Source of the DNA: the human T2T-CHM13v2.0 reference genome, Homo sapiens
NCBI RefSeq assembly: GCF_009914755.1
Contig: NC_060928.1
Strand: one strand, 5' to 3'
DNA: 64,000 bases
Below the pieces are notes generated by a model that saw only the letters and a list, made by a program, of their open reading frames with translations, was not told the DNA's origin and made no database searches. Position numbers and translations under genes: made by a program. This document shows, one piece after another, positions 33,946 through 52,334 of this stretch. The stretch's first letter is position 1. Each line of letters begins with the position of its first letter.

Positions 33946-35398
33946 AGAATTATAATCCCTCAAAGTGGTTTCTGGTCCCAAATTGTAATTGGTTCTACTC
34001 TCCATAAGTAATTTTGAATGGGATAATGATGGAATTTTATATTTCCATAATGAAGAGTAAGAGTTAGCTATCATATATTGAGCTACTCAAAAGCTATCAA
34101 AAGAGCAAAAAGAAATTAGATTTTCACCCAGCAAAACAGATAATAAAAAAGAAAGCCACTCTGAATATACATTACTTCTTAGTCTATATATAGCCCAGAA
34201 ATGTTCATTCTCTAGCTGTGTGGCTGTGGGCAGGTTTCTTAACCTCTCTGTGCCTCAGGTTCCTCATATATCAAATGGAGATAAAAATATGCCTACCTCA
34301 TAGAGATTTTAAGATCATTTAATGAGTTAATAAAACCACAGTGGCACTGAGCATAATTCTAAGGTATGAGACCACAGGGTAAGTTTTCAACAATGCAAAT
34401 TCAGACCATGTAAAACACATTTCTCCAGATGATGAAGTAAATAACTGGTACTGAACTAAACTTCCAACAGTAAGCAACTATAGAGCTAGACAAAATACAT
34501 GAAGCAACTGTTTTCAGGCAACAGCCAGAGACAATACGAGGCTGCAATCACAAAAGAGGCAAAACTCACAAGGCAATCATTGCTGTTGCTCCCACCTGCT
34601 GCCTGGGAAAAATTTCCCACCCATAGAATAAAGACCTGGAGTCCAAGCAAAGCATGATGCTCCAGCTGAATTGTGCAGGCAGAGATCATAACTCAGAGCA
34701 AATAAAATGCCTAGAATCTGCAGGATAGGGTGTGAAACATGAAGAGGCTGTGCAGAAGGGGCCATAGAAGTCCAAGTTGTGGGACACTCCTCTGAGTCCA
34801 CAGCAGAAAACCATGCTGTATTTATTGATACATATATTCTCCTGTGAGTCCTGGCTAAAAGCCAGCTTTCAAGATGGCAATGGCACAGCAGATTAGGTTG
34901 CTTTGTGCTTCAGGATAGAATAGAGTTACTAGATGTGAAGCAGAGCTGGAGAGACAGAGCAGCTCCATGAACTACTGGAGTTTGGACTGCCAGAGTGGAA
35001 AGCATTTGCTAACAGTCCTGATAGGTGTCTGATACACCAAAAAGACGATGCCTCAAAAGAAAGGATCATTCTCTCATCAAACACACTCTAGACACATGTT
35101 AAGACAACCTGAAACTAAGTCCCAACATGATCTGCAAAAGACACAAATTTTGGAGGTTGAATCTTTCAAAGCTACAGAGGCTTAGGAAATAACTTGGATT
35201 TTCAACAAATATGCACTAGCAAAGCATAAAATAAAGTCTAGGCAAGTTTAAAGGATTCAGCAAGTGAATTGTCTTCTACAACAAGAATCAACACTTTTCG
35301 GAATACAACAGAATCTAGAATCAGAATGACATATTTCCCATATATTTAACATTCAATTCAAAAATCTCTGGCATAGAAATTAAAAAAAAAAAAAAAAA

Positions 35399-35575
35399 GC
35401 CAGGCGTGGTGGCACACGCCTGCACCTGCAGTCTTAGCTCCTCAAGAGACTGAGGCAGGAAGACTGTTTGAGCCCAGGGTCTCAAGGATGCAGTGAGCTG
35501 TGATCATGTCACTGCACTCTAGCCTGGGTGACAGAGCATGACACTGTCTCAAAATAAATTAATTAAAAGAAAAGA
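35399..35575 (+). mobile_element. Alu right monomer (FRAM/AluJ fragment)
   Basis: GCCAGGCGTGGTGGCACACGCCTG...GCAGTGAGCTGTGATCATGTCACTGCACTCTAGCCTGGGTGACAGAG plus A-tail. Confidence 0.85.
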
Positions 35576-35746
35576 AAAATGTGATCCACAGTATAAAAAA
35601 AATTTTTTTAACCAGTCAATAGAAGTCAAACATACGATGGCCCAGATTTTTGATTTAAAAGATTCTAAGTCAGTTATTTTAAACATGTCCAAAGAATGCA
35701 AAGAAAACATCATCAAAGATGTAAAGGAAAAGGAGATCTTATTTAA

Positions 35747-36100
35747 TCATATGGACTGAATGTTTGTCTCCCCAAAATGTGTATGTTGGCATCTAATCCC
35801 CATGGTGATGGTATTAGGAGGTAGGGTCTGTGGGAGGTGATTAGGTCATAAAGGTAGAGCCCTCACACATAGGAGTAATGCCCTTATAAAAGAGACCCCA
35901 GAGAAACACTCTTTCCTGTAACCATATGAGGAGAAGATGGACATTTTGAACCAAGAAGCAGGCCCTTACCAGACATTAAATCTGCTGGTGCCTTGCTTCC
36001 AGGCTTCCCAGCCTCCCAGAACTCTGAGCAATAAATCTCTGTTATTATAAGCCACCTAATCTGTGGTATTCTGTTACAGCAGCCCAAATGGACTAAGACA
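35747..36100 (+). mobile_element. MLT1A0 MaLR solo LTR
   Basis: TATGGACTGAATGTTTGT...GGGAGGTGATTAGGTCAT...CCCTTATAAAAGAGACCCCAGAGA...GCAGCCCAAATGGACTAAGACA; TSD TTTAA/CTTAA. Confidence 0.88.
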
Positions 36101-36823
36101 CTTAATGAGTGAACAGATAGGGAACCTCGACAGAGAAATGTAAATTATAAAAAGAACCAAAGAGAAATTCCAGAACCAAAAAGTACAATAACTGAAATAA
36201 ATAAACAATGGGATGGAGGTTGGATGGGGCAGTGAAAAAGGGAGTCACAGGAATAAAACATTGTAAGGCATGATAAAGTTTGAAAATTGGTCCTATAGTT
36301 TCAATTAAAATGTCTTTTTTTCCCAACAAATATAACCTATAACTATTTTGAAAATTGCTTTTCAAAAGTTTATTTAAGGCATTTCTTTATTAGATACAAA
36401 TGTAAACTCTAGAATGCTTTCATTTTAAGGCACTTGGGGTGGGGGACAATTGAGTTTATCGGAAGAGAAAAAAGTTCAAAATAAGTTCTTACTCATAAGA
36501 GTAAGGTAAAATGGGTACATATATATTGAAAGTAAGAACGGTAACCAGTAAAATCTCCTCCGCCAAATCCACAACATGAAAAACAGTAAAAACATCTACA
36601 CTTTTTGACAGCAATTATACAACAGGAATTTATTCTAAGGAATTAATTGGAGATGTACAGAAGTATTTAGGTCCACAAAGTATTATTCCTAATTATTATT
36701 TTTGGTTTAGAAAAAAACGGGGAAAAATAAGGGACTGTACCAAATCGGGGTGTAGGTACATGCTGCAATACTATATGGAGCTTTTAAATGGTATTGTAAA
36801 ACAATGACAGAATATTCATCACA

Positions 36824-37005
36824 TATGGGATTTCGTATTTTCTTAAAAGCACATTTTTCACATCTTAACATCTCTGAAATTGAGATATGTATTAAATTCA
36901 ATGGCATCTTACAATTATAATTGGCAGCTTTTTTTTCTTCCTTAGTGATCCATAAAATGATGGTGCGACTTGCAATAGATGGTGTCAGATTAAATGAAAT
37001 ATGGT
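36824..37005 (+). mobile_element. MER104 (TcMar) MITE
   Basis: GCACATTTTTCACATCTTAACATCTCTGAAAT...ATGGCATCTTACAATTATAATTGGCAGC...ATGAAATATGG. Confidence 0.75.
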
Positions 37006-37074
37006 GGTGTTAAATTTTAAATATATGTTTCTAAATTAAAATGGTCTCTTTTGGCTCAGAGAGAGGCAGTCTTG

Positions 37075-37305
37075 TGTCAGGAATAAGAGTGTAGTCCATG
37101 GAACAGATTGTCTGTGTTCCAATCTCACCTCTACCATTAATAGTTGTGTGATCTAGGGCAAGTTTCTTAACCAAATGTCCCTCAGTTTCCCCAAAGTAAA
37201 CAGAGATTATAATAATATCCACTTCATATGGTTGTTCGGAGGACTAAAAGTTTTCAGAATAGCGTTTGGTACATAGGACACATTCCAAAAGTGATAGTTA
37301 TTATT
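37075..37305 (+). mobile_element. MIR SINE
   Basis: TAGTTGTGTGATCTAGGGCAAGTTTCTTAACC..CCTCAGTTTCCCC. Confidence 0.75.
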
Positions 37306-37717
37306 ACTTACAAAACACATAAATGCATGGAAAAAACCGTAAGGAAAGATATTCGCTGTGATTATCTTGGTGTGGTATGAGCACCAGTGATTTTTATTTG
37401 CTTTTTAGGGTTTTCCAAGTTGTCTGCAATACATGTGTATTGGTTACATAATTAGAAAAATAATATTATTTTAAGATAAACTGAAACATATTATATTAAA
37501 AAATCTTTGACATTGAAAATGTATATGGCATAATGGTCACATGAAAAAAGCATATGGTGATTTGAATCTTGTAAAAGTTATATAGGTATGGAAAAATCTA
37601 GAAGAAAATATCTCTGAATAGTATGATTTATATACAGCTCTTTTAAAATCAATCTCTATTTCTTTTTAGAACTTGCTACAATGAAGACATTATTTTATAG
37701 ATTAAAAGTATGAATGC

Positions 37718-37870
37718 TTAGGAGATATACCTAATGTTAAATGACGAGTTAATGGGTGCAGCACACCAACATGGCACACGTATACCTAAGTGACAAACCT
37801 GCACATTGTGCACATGTACCCTAAAACTTAAAGTATAATAAAAAAAAAAGAAAGTAAATGAAAAAAAAAT
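37718..37870 (+). mobile_element. Extremely 5'-truncated young L1PA (PA3-like) insertion
   Basis: TTAGGAGATATACCTAATGTTAAATGACGAG...CCCTAAAACTTAAAGTATAATAAAA; TSD GTATGAATGCT at 37708-37718 and 37871-37881. Confidence 0.93.
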
Positions 37871-38512
37871 GTATGAATGCTATTTTTAAAATTAAATATG
37901 GAACATTTTGTGAGGTGGCAGGTAGATTCATCAAGACAACTTGGGCAAGAGCCACAATCTACATGACCAATCCAGTAAAAATGGCTCAGACCTTAAATGA
38001 ATGACTCAGTTGAATGAATCAATCTACTGTGATCTAACTCTTTCCAAACCAGATCCTCCCCAGATGATGTCTGGCAAGCTATGTTTTCCTTAGTCAGAGC
38101 TCATTCAAATCAGAGGGCTTACATAGAAGTCTTTATTGTTTTTTCCCCTTGATTCTTACAAGTTCTCAAAAAGATAACTTTTTAAGTACAATAAGCCAGG
38201 ACAAATTCGTCAAGTTCATGACTGGAATCTGTCAAAATATTAATTTCTCTGCTCTGGTTTAATAAAATTTCTTCCTGGAATTTTGAATCAGAAAATCCTG
38301 ATTCTGACTCACTTTGTACACAAGTGATTAAATGTGAGCTCTTGAGAAGCCACTTAACCTCTCCAAGGTTAGGAAGTTGTGTTTTTTGCTTTTATCTGTA
38401 AAATAAAAATAATAAAATGTACCTGACAAGATGTTCAGAGAAATAAACAAGAGAGTGGATGCCTAGCACCTAGCTCATAGCCTAGCAAATGTTGAGTTGG
38501 AACAAATAACTC

Positions 38513-38914
38513 TGTTAAACCAAGTTCAGCCTAAAGATGTCCCTTTACACATTTTAAGTTTGGCCTAAAGGTTTTTCCACACAACGTGAATATAATAAGT
38601 GGAGGTGTAAACAGACCGTAGCCTCTACTTATGCCAATCACAGAATTTTGGCCAATCAAATATAGCCAGCTGTTGGAACTGTGTTCAAATAAGGCAAATG
38701 CCAGCTGTAATGTAACTGTTTCTGTACCTCACTTCCATGTTCTGTACATCACTTTCCTTTTCCTGTTCATAAATCTTCCGCCACCACGTGGCTGCATTGG
38801 CTGCACTGGAGTCTCTGAGCCTCTCCTGGCTCAAAAGCCTGCCTGACTTGCAAATTGTTCATTGCTCAATTAAACTCCTTTAAATGTAATTAGGCTGATG
38901 TTTTTCTTTTATCA
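38513..38914 (+). mobile_element. MER57 (ERV1) solo LTR
   Basis: TG...CA termini, CAGCCTAAAG..TTTTAAGTTTGGCCTAAAGG..TGTTCAAATAAGGCAAA..TTGCTCAATTAAACTC; perfect 4-bp TSD ACTC. Confidence 0.9.
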
Positions 38915-39287
38915 ACTCAGACACACTTTTAAAACCTCCTTGAATTAAAAATTCCAGAACTGGGCTTAGCATTAAGCACTGTCCTGGCACTAAGCTTTAA
39001 AATACACTTGTTAGGTCTTACTTGGTGGTCTCATATATAGGCTACTTATTCAAATATTAACTCTAAATAGGCAAAATGGGGGGCTGAAACATTTTTTAAA
39101 GGAGAAAGAGGAATTTGGAAAGCAATATTCAGGGAAAAGTTATGACAAATTGTAATGCACAGTTTATGTGAACAAGGAAAAAGCTAATTATTTTATAATC
39201 ATAAAAGTAGTGTGTGTGTTCTATGTGCTGAACAGTGTGCTAAGCACTTTATATTGAGAATCATATGTCATTATAAAAGTAATGTGG

Positions 39288-44925
<5,638 letters not shown>

Positions 44926-45858
44926 AAATGTACATGGATTTGATCACAGTTTGGTGTAAACATAATGACAAAACAAGGGAGTAGTGGCCTTATCAAGAGG
45001 CTCTGAAGATTCAAACAGAGAGACATTGCATCATTCACCAGGAATATGTCACCACAAAGAGTACACCTCTTGCCTTTGTTCAAATTTACAGTGAAAAGGA
45101 AGTGATTTTGAAAATTTGCTCTATCACAGAAATGTGCACTGGAGTGTCTTGGGAAAGGTGATGGTCTGATCTTGACCTGTAGCTGTAAATCTCAATATGA
45201 AAAATAAAACCACAATTTACCTTGTGATAAATAACGACTCTCAAAATTTACTTATTTATTGGATATTATTTTAAAACCAAACATCTCGGTCCAGGACTGC
45301 GAAGAATCAATGAATGCTTTTAGCTAACCCAGGAAATCCACCTCGCATGGCCTGCTCTGTTGCTTATAACCTTACTAAGAATCCGAAACTCTCCCCAGAA
45401 AGCAGGACTTAGCCCATACGAAATGCTGTATGGACGGCCCTTCCTAACCACTGACCTTGTGCTTGACCGAGAGACGACCAACTTAGTTGCAGACATCACC
45501 TCATTAGCCAAATATCAACAAGTTCTTAAAACCATTACAAGGAGTCTGTTCCCGAGAGGACGGAAAGGAATTATTCCACCCTGGTTACATGGTATTAGTC
45601 AAGTCCCTTCCCTCTAACTCCCCATCCCTACATACATCCTGGGAAGGACCCTTCCCAGTCATTTTATCTACCCCAACCATGGTTAAAGTGACTGGAGTGG
45701 AGTCTTGGATACATCACACTCGGGTCAAACCCTGGATACTGCCAAAGGAACCCGAAAACCCAGGAGACAACGCTAGCTATTCCTGTGAACCTCTAGAGGA
45801 TCTGCACCTGGTCTTCAAGCGACAACCATGAGGAAAGTAACTGAAATTGTAAATCCCC

Positions 45859-47472
45859 ATGGCCCTCCCTTATCATATTTTTTTCTTTACTGTTTTCTTA
45901 CTCCCTCTCATTCTCACTACACACCCTCCATGACACTGTACAACCAGTAGCTCCCCTTACCAAGAGTTTCTATGGAGAATACGGCTTCTCAGAAATATTA
46001 ATGCCCCATCAAATAGGAGTTTTTCTAAGGGAAACCCCACCTTCACCACCCACACCCATATGCCCCGCAACTGCTATACCTCTGCCACTCTTTGCATGCA
46101 TGCAAATACTCATTATTGGACAGGGAAGATGATTAATCCTACTTGTCCTGGAGGACTTGGAGCCACTGTCTGTTGGACTTACTTCACCCATACCAGTATG
46201 TCTGATGGGGGTGGAGTTCAAGATCAGGCAAGAGAAAAACATCTAAGGGAAGTGATCTCCCAACTGACCCAGGTACATAGCACCTCTAGCCCCTACAAAG
46301 GACTAGATCTCTCAAAACTACATGAAACCCTCCATACCCCTACTCACCTGGTAAGCCTATTTAATACCACCCTCACTGGGCTCCCTGAGGCCTTGGCCCA
46401 AAACCCTACTGTTGGATGTGCCTCCCCCTGCACTTCAGGCCACACACTTCAATCCCTGTACCTGAACAATGGAACAACTTCAGCACAGAAATAAACACCA
46501 CTTCCGTTTTAGTAGGACCTCTTGTTTCCAATCTGGAAATAACCCATATCTCAAGCCTCACCTGTGTAAAATTTAGCAATACTATAGACACAACCAACTC
46601 CCAATGCATCAGGTGGGTAACTCCTCCCACACGCATAGTCTGCGTACCCTCAGGAATATTGCCTACCTCAGCCTATCATTGTTTGAATGGCTCTTCAGAA
46701 TCTATGTGCTTCCTCTCATTCTTAGTGCCCCCTATGATCATCTACACTGAACAAGATTTATACAATTATGTCATACCTAAGCCCTGCAACAAAACAGTAC
46801 CCATTCTTTCTTTTGTTATTGGAGCAGGAGTGCTAGGCAGACTAGGTACTGGCATTGGCAGTATCACAACCTCTACTCAGTTCTACTACAAACTATCTCA
46901 AAATAAATGGTGACATGGAATGGGTCACCGACTCACTGGTCACCTTGCAAGATCAACTTAACTCCCTAGCAGCAGTAGTCCTTCAAAATCGAAGAGCTTT
47001 AGACTTGCTAACTGCCGAAACAGGGGGAACCTGTTTATTTTTAGGGGAAGAATTCTGTTGTTATGTTAATCAATCCAGAATCGTCACCGAGAAAGTTAAA
47101 GAAATTCTAGATCAAACACAACATAGAGCACAGGAGCTTCAAAACACCAGACCCTGGGGCCTCCTCAGCCAATGGATGCCCTGGATTCTCTCCTTCTTAG
47201 GACCTCTAGCAGCTATAATATTGTTACTCCTCTTTGGATCCTGTATCTTTAACCTCCTTGTTAAGTTTGTCTCTTCCAGAATCGAAGCTGTAAAGCTACA
47301 AATGGTTCCTCAAATGGAGTCCCAGAGGCAGTCCGTGATTAAGATCTACCACGGACCCCTGGACTGGCCTGCTAGCCCATGCTCCAATGTTAATGACATC
47401 AAAGGCACCCCTCCCTAGGAAATCTCAACTGTACAACCCCTGGCATGCCCCAGTTCAGCAGGAAGCAGTTAG
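45859..47472 (+). pseudogene. Defective HERV-W env (syncytin-1 paralog)
   Basis: ATG 45859 gives MALPYHIFFFTV; TGA at 45931; SDGGGVQDQAR and LQNRRALDLL motifs retained; frameshifts; furin site reads CNKT; ancestral end ...SAGSS* at 47472. Confidence 0.93.
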
Positions 47473-47530
47473 AGTGGTCATCAGCCAACCTTCCCAACAG
47501 CACTTGGGTTTTCCTGTTGAGAGGGGGCAC

Positions 47531-47841
47531 TGAGAGACAGGACTAGCTGGATTTCCTAGGCCAATTAAGAATCCCTGGGAAGGTGATTGCATCCATCTTT
47601 AAACACGGAGCTTCCAACTTAGCTTACAATCGACCAATCAGGTAGTAAAGAAAGCTCACTAAAATGCTAATTAGGCAAAAAGAGAAGGTAAAGAAATAGC
47701 CAATCATCTATTGCCTGAGAGCACAGCAGGAGGGACAATGATTGGGATATAAACTCAGGCATTTGAGCAGGCAACAGCTACCCTCTTTGGGTCTCCTCTC
47801 TTTGTATGGGAGCTCTGTTTTCTATTAAATCTTGCAACTGC
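47531..47841 (+). mobile_element. LTR17 U3-R (3' LTR lacking U5)
   Basis: TGAGAGACAGGACTAGCTGGATTTCCTAGG after the PPT; CCAAT boxes, GGGATATAAA TATA-like box, ATTAAA polyA signal. Confidence 0.93.
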
Positions 47842-50800
47842 AAAAAAAAAAAGAATGCTTTTAATACACAGGACACAATCACTCTAACAACAATAAGTTT
47901 AAATATAAGATAAAAAGATTTATTGTGGAAATTATAATCATTTTCCTTGTCAATTACATGTGATCACAAATTATAGCAGCAGTATTAAAATAATAACCAA
48001 TAATATCTTTAGTTATTGGTCTTCCTTGTAAAAATTCATTACCAAGATCATAGATGGTTTCAGACAGACATAGTAGAAATGGAGAAAATATTTGTTGGGG
48101 TGAATGAATATGTGATTTCTCTAGGGCAATAAAAGACTCTGATCAAAGACTTTTTTAACCTACCAAATGACACAAGCAAGATAAACTTGTCAAAAATTCC
48201 ACCAAAAGGGGCGGAAAACATTGTATTCTGCTGCCTTTTTGGCAGCGTCAGAACATCTCTCCCGAGTGAACAAAGCTTTAAAAGAAATTTTATTACTCTT
48301 TTCTTTGGTCGGCTTATGCTCATGCGAAACTATATTCTCAAAATTACCAGGACTCTGAACCTATTGGGCAAAATTGCTTTTATTCAATTCAGCACCATTT
48401 TCTAAAATTGTTAGATGTAATGCAATAACATCTTCCTGGCATGCCACTTGAAATTTTTTTTACATAAAAGCAAGCATGGCTATAATAGGAAGTGAGATAT
48501 TTTCAATATCAATATCTTGTTTTTCTTTTTTCAAAATAAAACATGTTCTTTCAAAGATGTTTTAAACTTTCACCTGGGCATGTGGGAAGAGCACAATGCT
48601 ATGGATTCCCTCTGTTACATGTTTACTCCTTTCTTCTCTCATTAGAGATGCCTAAATAGGATTGCAGCACCCTCCGACTTGTGATTTGTTCTCTCTCTCT
48701 CCCACTCACACTCACTCACACACACATACACACATGCACACAAACAGGCCCATCCTGTTGCAGACCACTTAGCCATGGTGAGAGTTGCCTGCCTTGCCTG
48801 TTTCACTGCTCTGCTCACTTCTATGGCCATCTCCCCTCCAACGGTCGCTGATTCTATAGCAAATTAATGGGAAATTTTTTGCTCATGTTTCAACTGAAAG
48901 AGAAAAATTTTTGTTGAGATCTCTCTCCTTTCAAAATAAATAGCTTTACTGTGTTTATGATAGGAAGAGGAAAGAGGAACTGTGAATCCTTACATTGTAG
49001 AGCAGCATTAATGAATAAAAGAAAGTTTTTGAGGAAAAGATTCCTAGTTTCTATCAGACAAAATACTAGTATCTAAGCACATCTGGGGAAACAACATGGA
49101 GGCAGCTTTCTGATCTTTGACTCTAAAATAGGGTCAACGGCATCACAGACTGAGGCTCTCGATAAGAATCTTTTCTTCCTAAGAGCACATTGGCTCTAGC
49201 CAATGTCTCTCCTGACTTCTACTTCTTCACTTGTGCCTTGGGCTGCCTTTCCCATGGCTCCTTCTACTGGTACAACCTTGACTGTTCAGATTTTTGACAC
49301 TTGTCCAAGATGACAACTGAAATCATGGTGAATGTGCAGAGTAAAATGAAAGTAAGGTCTGGAAACCACTAAAAAAATAGTCAGAAGAGCCCTTTAAAAT
49401 GAATGAAAAGTAGTAGTTGTAGATGTAAGAAGAGAAAAAAAAGCAGGATTAAGTGATGTCATCAAAACCAAGAGCCAAGAGATGTTCAAGAAAGTGGGAA
49501 TGGTTCACAATGAAAAATGCACCAAGGAAGACAGACACTAAGACAAAAAATGAATTACATTTAGCTTTAGGGTGATTATTGGTGGCTTGGATAAGATGAC
49601 AGTGTTGATTGAGAGATCAAGGAGGTGAGAAGCACAGACAACACCTAATTCATGTTATTTCATTCATCTAGTGACACATCTGTCTCCTTTGAGAGACTGT
49701 AAATTCCTCCAGGGCATTGTCTGTCTTACATCTGTCTCCCTCGAGAACCTCACATATTCCTTTAGAGCAGAAATAGGCTGACTATGTAGTAAATATAAAG
49801 ATCTGGGAAATGAAAAAGGTACTTGAATTAATACCCCTCTTATTACTGAAAATGTCATTAAGAATGATATAGATGGGCATTTTGTATTCATATAAAAATC
49901 AACTCCATTGTAAAACAGGGATGATTACCACTCTCTGATGGGAAACCAACCCAATTAATGACCACCCTTTCCCGAAAGAGAAAGCCATTATAGAAATTTC
50001 ACATACATTACATTATAGCATGGATATAAAAGTATTTTCTCCACACTAGAGTCTTCTGCTTTGCTGATAATCTTACTATTACATTAGCACTCTGGATAAA
50101 TGTGCTATTCATTTGATTACATAAAACAAATATCATATTGAACCGTAGTCATATTGACTACACTTTGTGTGCTTTACAAAAACCACAGGGAGGAGGCTTT
50201 TTTCATACAGACTTTCTGTGTAGCTGAACATTTGCCATTCTTGGTTGGTCAAGCACACAATATTTTAATGCTCCAGATATGACAGACTTCAGAGTACCAG
50301 AGTTAGAATAAATAAAAACACTCTACTTTTTCCAGAGAAAGCTACCCTCCTGCATCTGATCTAAGCTACCATCTCAAAGAAGAATCAAGCTATGAAAAGA
50401 GAGAAAGAATTAATAGCTATATTGTGTTCAGCCAACCTGATGAGAGCTTTCAGTCCCCAGTGAAAATATGAATTAATGTGAGGCAAGAATAGACCTTGGG
50501 AATACTGACCTCCCATGACTCAGTAATTCAAACCAGATCCTTTTTTCCCCTCAACTTGTATTTTAAAAGTGCAAAAGGAGATAAAAACAAAATTCTTTCA
50601 ATGTTACATTTCAGTTCCCGGAAGGTATAATCTATGAGAAACACCTGTAATTCAGTCAATGGATCTTTGTGTTGTACAAATACAGGGTAAAGAATTACAA
50701 TTAAAATCTCAAAATTATTTATAAATATTGACACTGCATTCCTTTAAGTATGCTCAAGTGGTTTTGAAAGCTAGTGAGTGGAGAAGATGCTAATAGATAC

Positions 50801-52334
50801 AAGACTTTGCTTTGGTTTGCTTGATTTTTAATTTTTGGTTTTACTTGATGGTAGCAAAAGATCATTTATGGTTTTGTCTCATTCTGTGCATATTATGGTG
50901 GCAGAGCTACAAATAAAATCAGGAGGAGCTATGAAAGTAGACACAGACAAACATGTAAAAATCTTATTTCTTCCTTTTAGTAACTATTATCTTGGGAAAA
51001 TTACTTAACCACTCAAAGCCTCAATTTTCCCATTTTAAAAAATGTGCAGATGATTGTACCCACTGCATAGGATAGTGTGAGGACACTTGACACATTATGG
51101 AGAGTTCTATATAAATATAGAATCATTTTTCCATTTATGTAAATATAGTTGTAGATTATATCAACTGGAGAGCTGTGTGATATGAGAAGAAATGGAGAGT
51201 GTTCTCTACTCATGCACAATTCCACCCTCGCTTGAAGATATTCCTCACTAGTGGGCTTGGTCTCCAGGGAGAAAGTACATAAAATGAAGTTTTCTCCTTG
51301 GTGTTTGCAAATCTGCATTTATTGCTGGACATCAATGATCCTGGAGAGTGGCAAAGAATACTGGACTTGAAATCCAAAGGCTTGAGTTTGGATTTTGCTT
51401 TCCTACTTACAAAGTACCAGTGTTTACTTAGGTTGCATATATCTCAACTTGAAATTTCCAGAAATCTCAACCCCCTTTAAAAAAATTAAATGCAATTTTT
51501 TAATTATTTACATTTAAAAAACTACAATATAAAAATGAAGATTAGATGGGGTACTACTAGCCAAATCTTGATACTCAGTAAGATAATAAATTAATGTGTG
51601 TAACTGTGAATGCTTACATAAAATAGAAATTTGGCTCCTGTCTACTGATGCTGGTAAATGTACAAAATCTTAAAACCTAATACTAAGGTATCACTTGATC
51701 CATAATATTCCACATGAATTATCCTTTTATCTCTTCCAGACTCAACAAGTTTTTAGTGTTATTACAAAGCCAGGGTATTTCCTATGTAGAACAAGAAAGA
51801 CACTGGCTTCTTTTTTACTATTAGTGTGTTAGACAAGTGAGATAGAGTGAAGAGTAAAACCAATCACATCTTTGTAACATTGGTTACTAAACTTCTCTAC
51901 ATTGGAAATTAATTCATGATGTGAAATCCTGACACATAGCTGATCACTGGGCTATTGAAGGGAGTTGAGGGAGACCTATAAAGATGGAGATGGGTAATGA
52001 GAGACAAGACAAAGAGTCCAAAGAGCCATTGGAAATAGCACTGTCCATTGTGAAAGATGATTTAGGGGAAAACTAGGCAACCTGATTCTGCTTAGCTGGA
52101 TAAGTCCAACTTTAACTAAAATGTGCCCACATACACGCAAACAGGTAAAAATGCAATTTTTTTATTTTCTTGCTTTTTATAGAGCCTAGAAAGTATATAA
52201 ACTTTAGCTCAATTATAACTCAATTCTCCATAATCCATTAAACAGTATTTCTCTCCCCACACCCCGCCCCCACAATTAACTTCATGTTGCAAACAGGGTC
52301 TGCAATGGAATTTATTCACTAGTGGTCAGGAATC

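Larger units (their letters stand above)
34430..36205 (+). mobile_element. Ancient L1M (L1MD/ME-like) 5'UTR-ORF1 fragment, interrupted
   Basis: CAGTCAATAGAAG..ATGGCCCAGAT..TGAACAGATAGGGAACCTC..AAAAAGAACCAAAGAGAAATTCCAGAAC..AAAAGTACAATAACTGAAAT; 5' boundary uncertain. Confidence 0.55.
45322..47852 (+). pseudogene. HERV-W processed pseudogene (3' pol-env-U3-R-polyA), 5'-truncated
   Basis: Integrase remnant (LSPYEMLYGRPF; WEGPFPVILSTPT), env remnant, PPT, LTR17 from 47531 ending at ATTAAATCTTGCAACTGC+A11 with no U5; TSD GAATGCTTTTA at 45312 and 47853. Confidence 0.96.

Noticed and set aside
45859-47472. ERVW-1 (syncytin-1) gene itself
   Set aside because: Early stop, frameshifts, retained LQMV-type tail, no 5' LTR, processed-pseudogene structure
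50437-50480. CTGATGA...GAAA hammerhead-ribozyme-like core
   Set aside because: The intervening bases cannot form stem II, and no stem I/III pairing with an NUH site is evident
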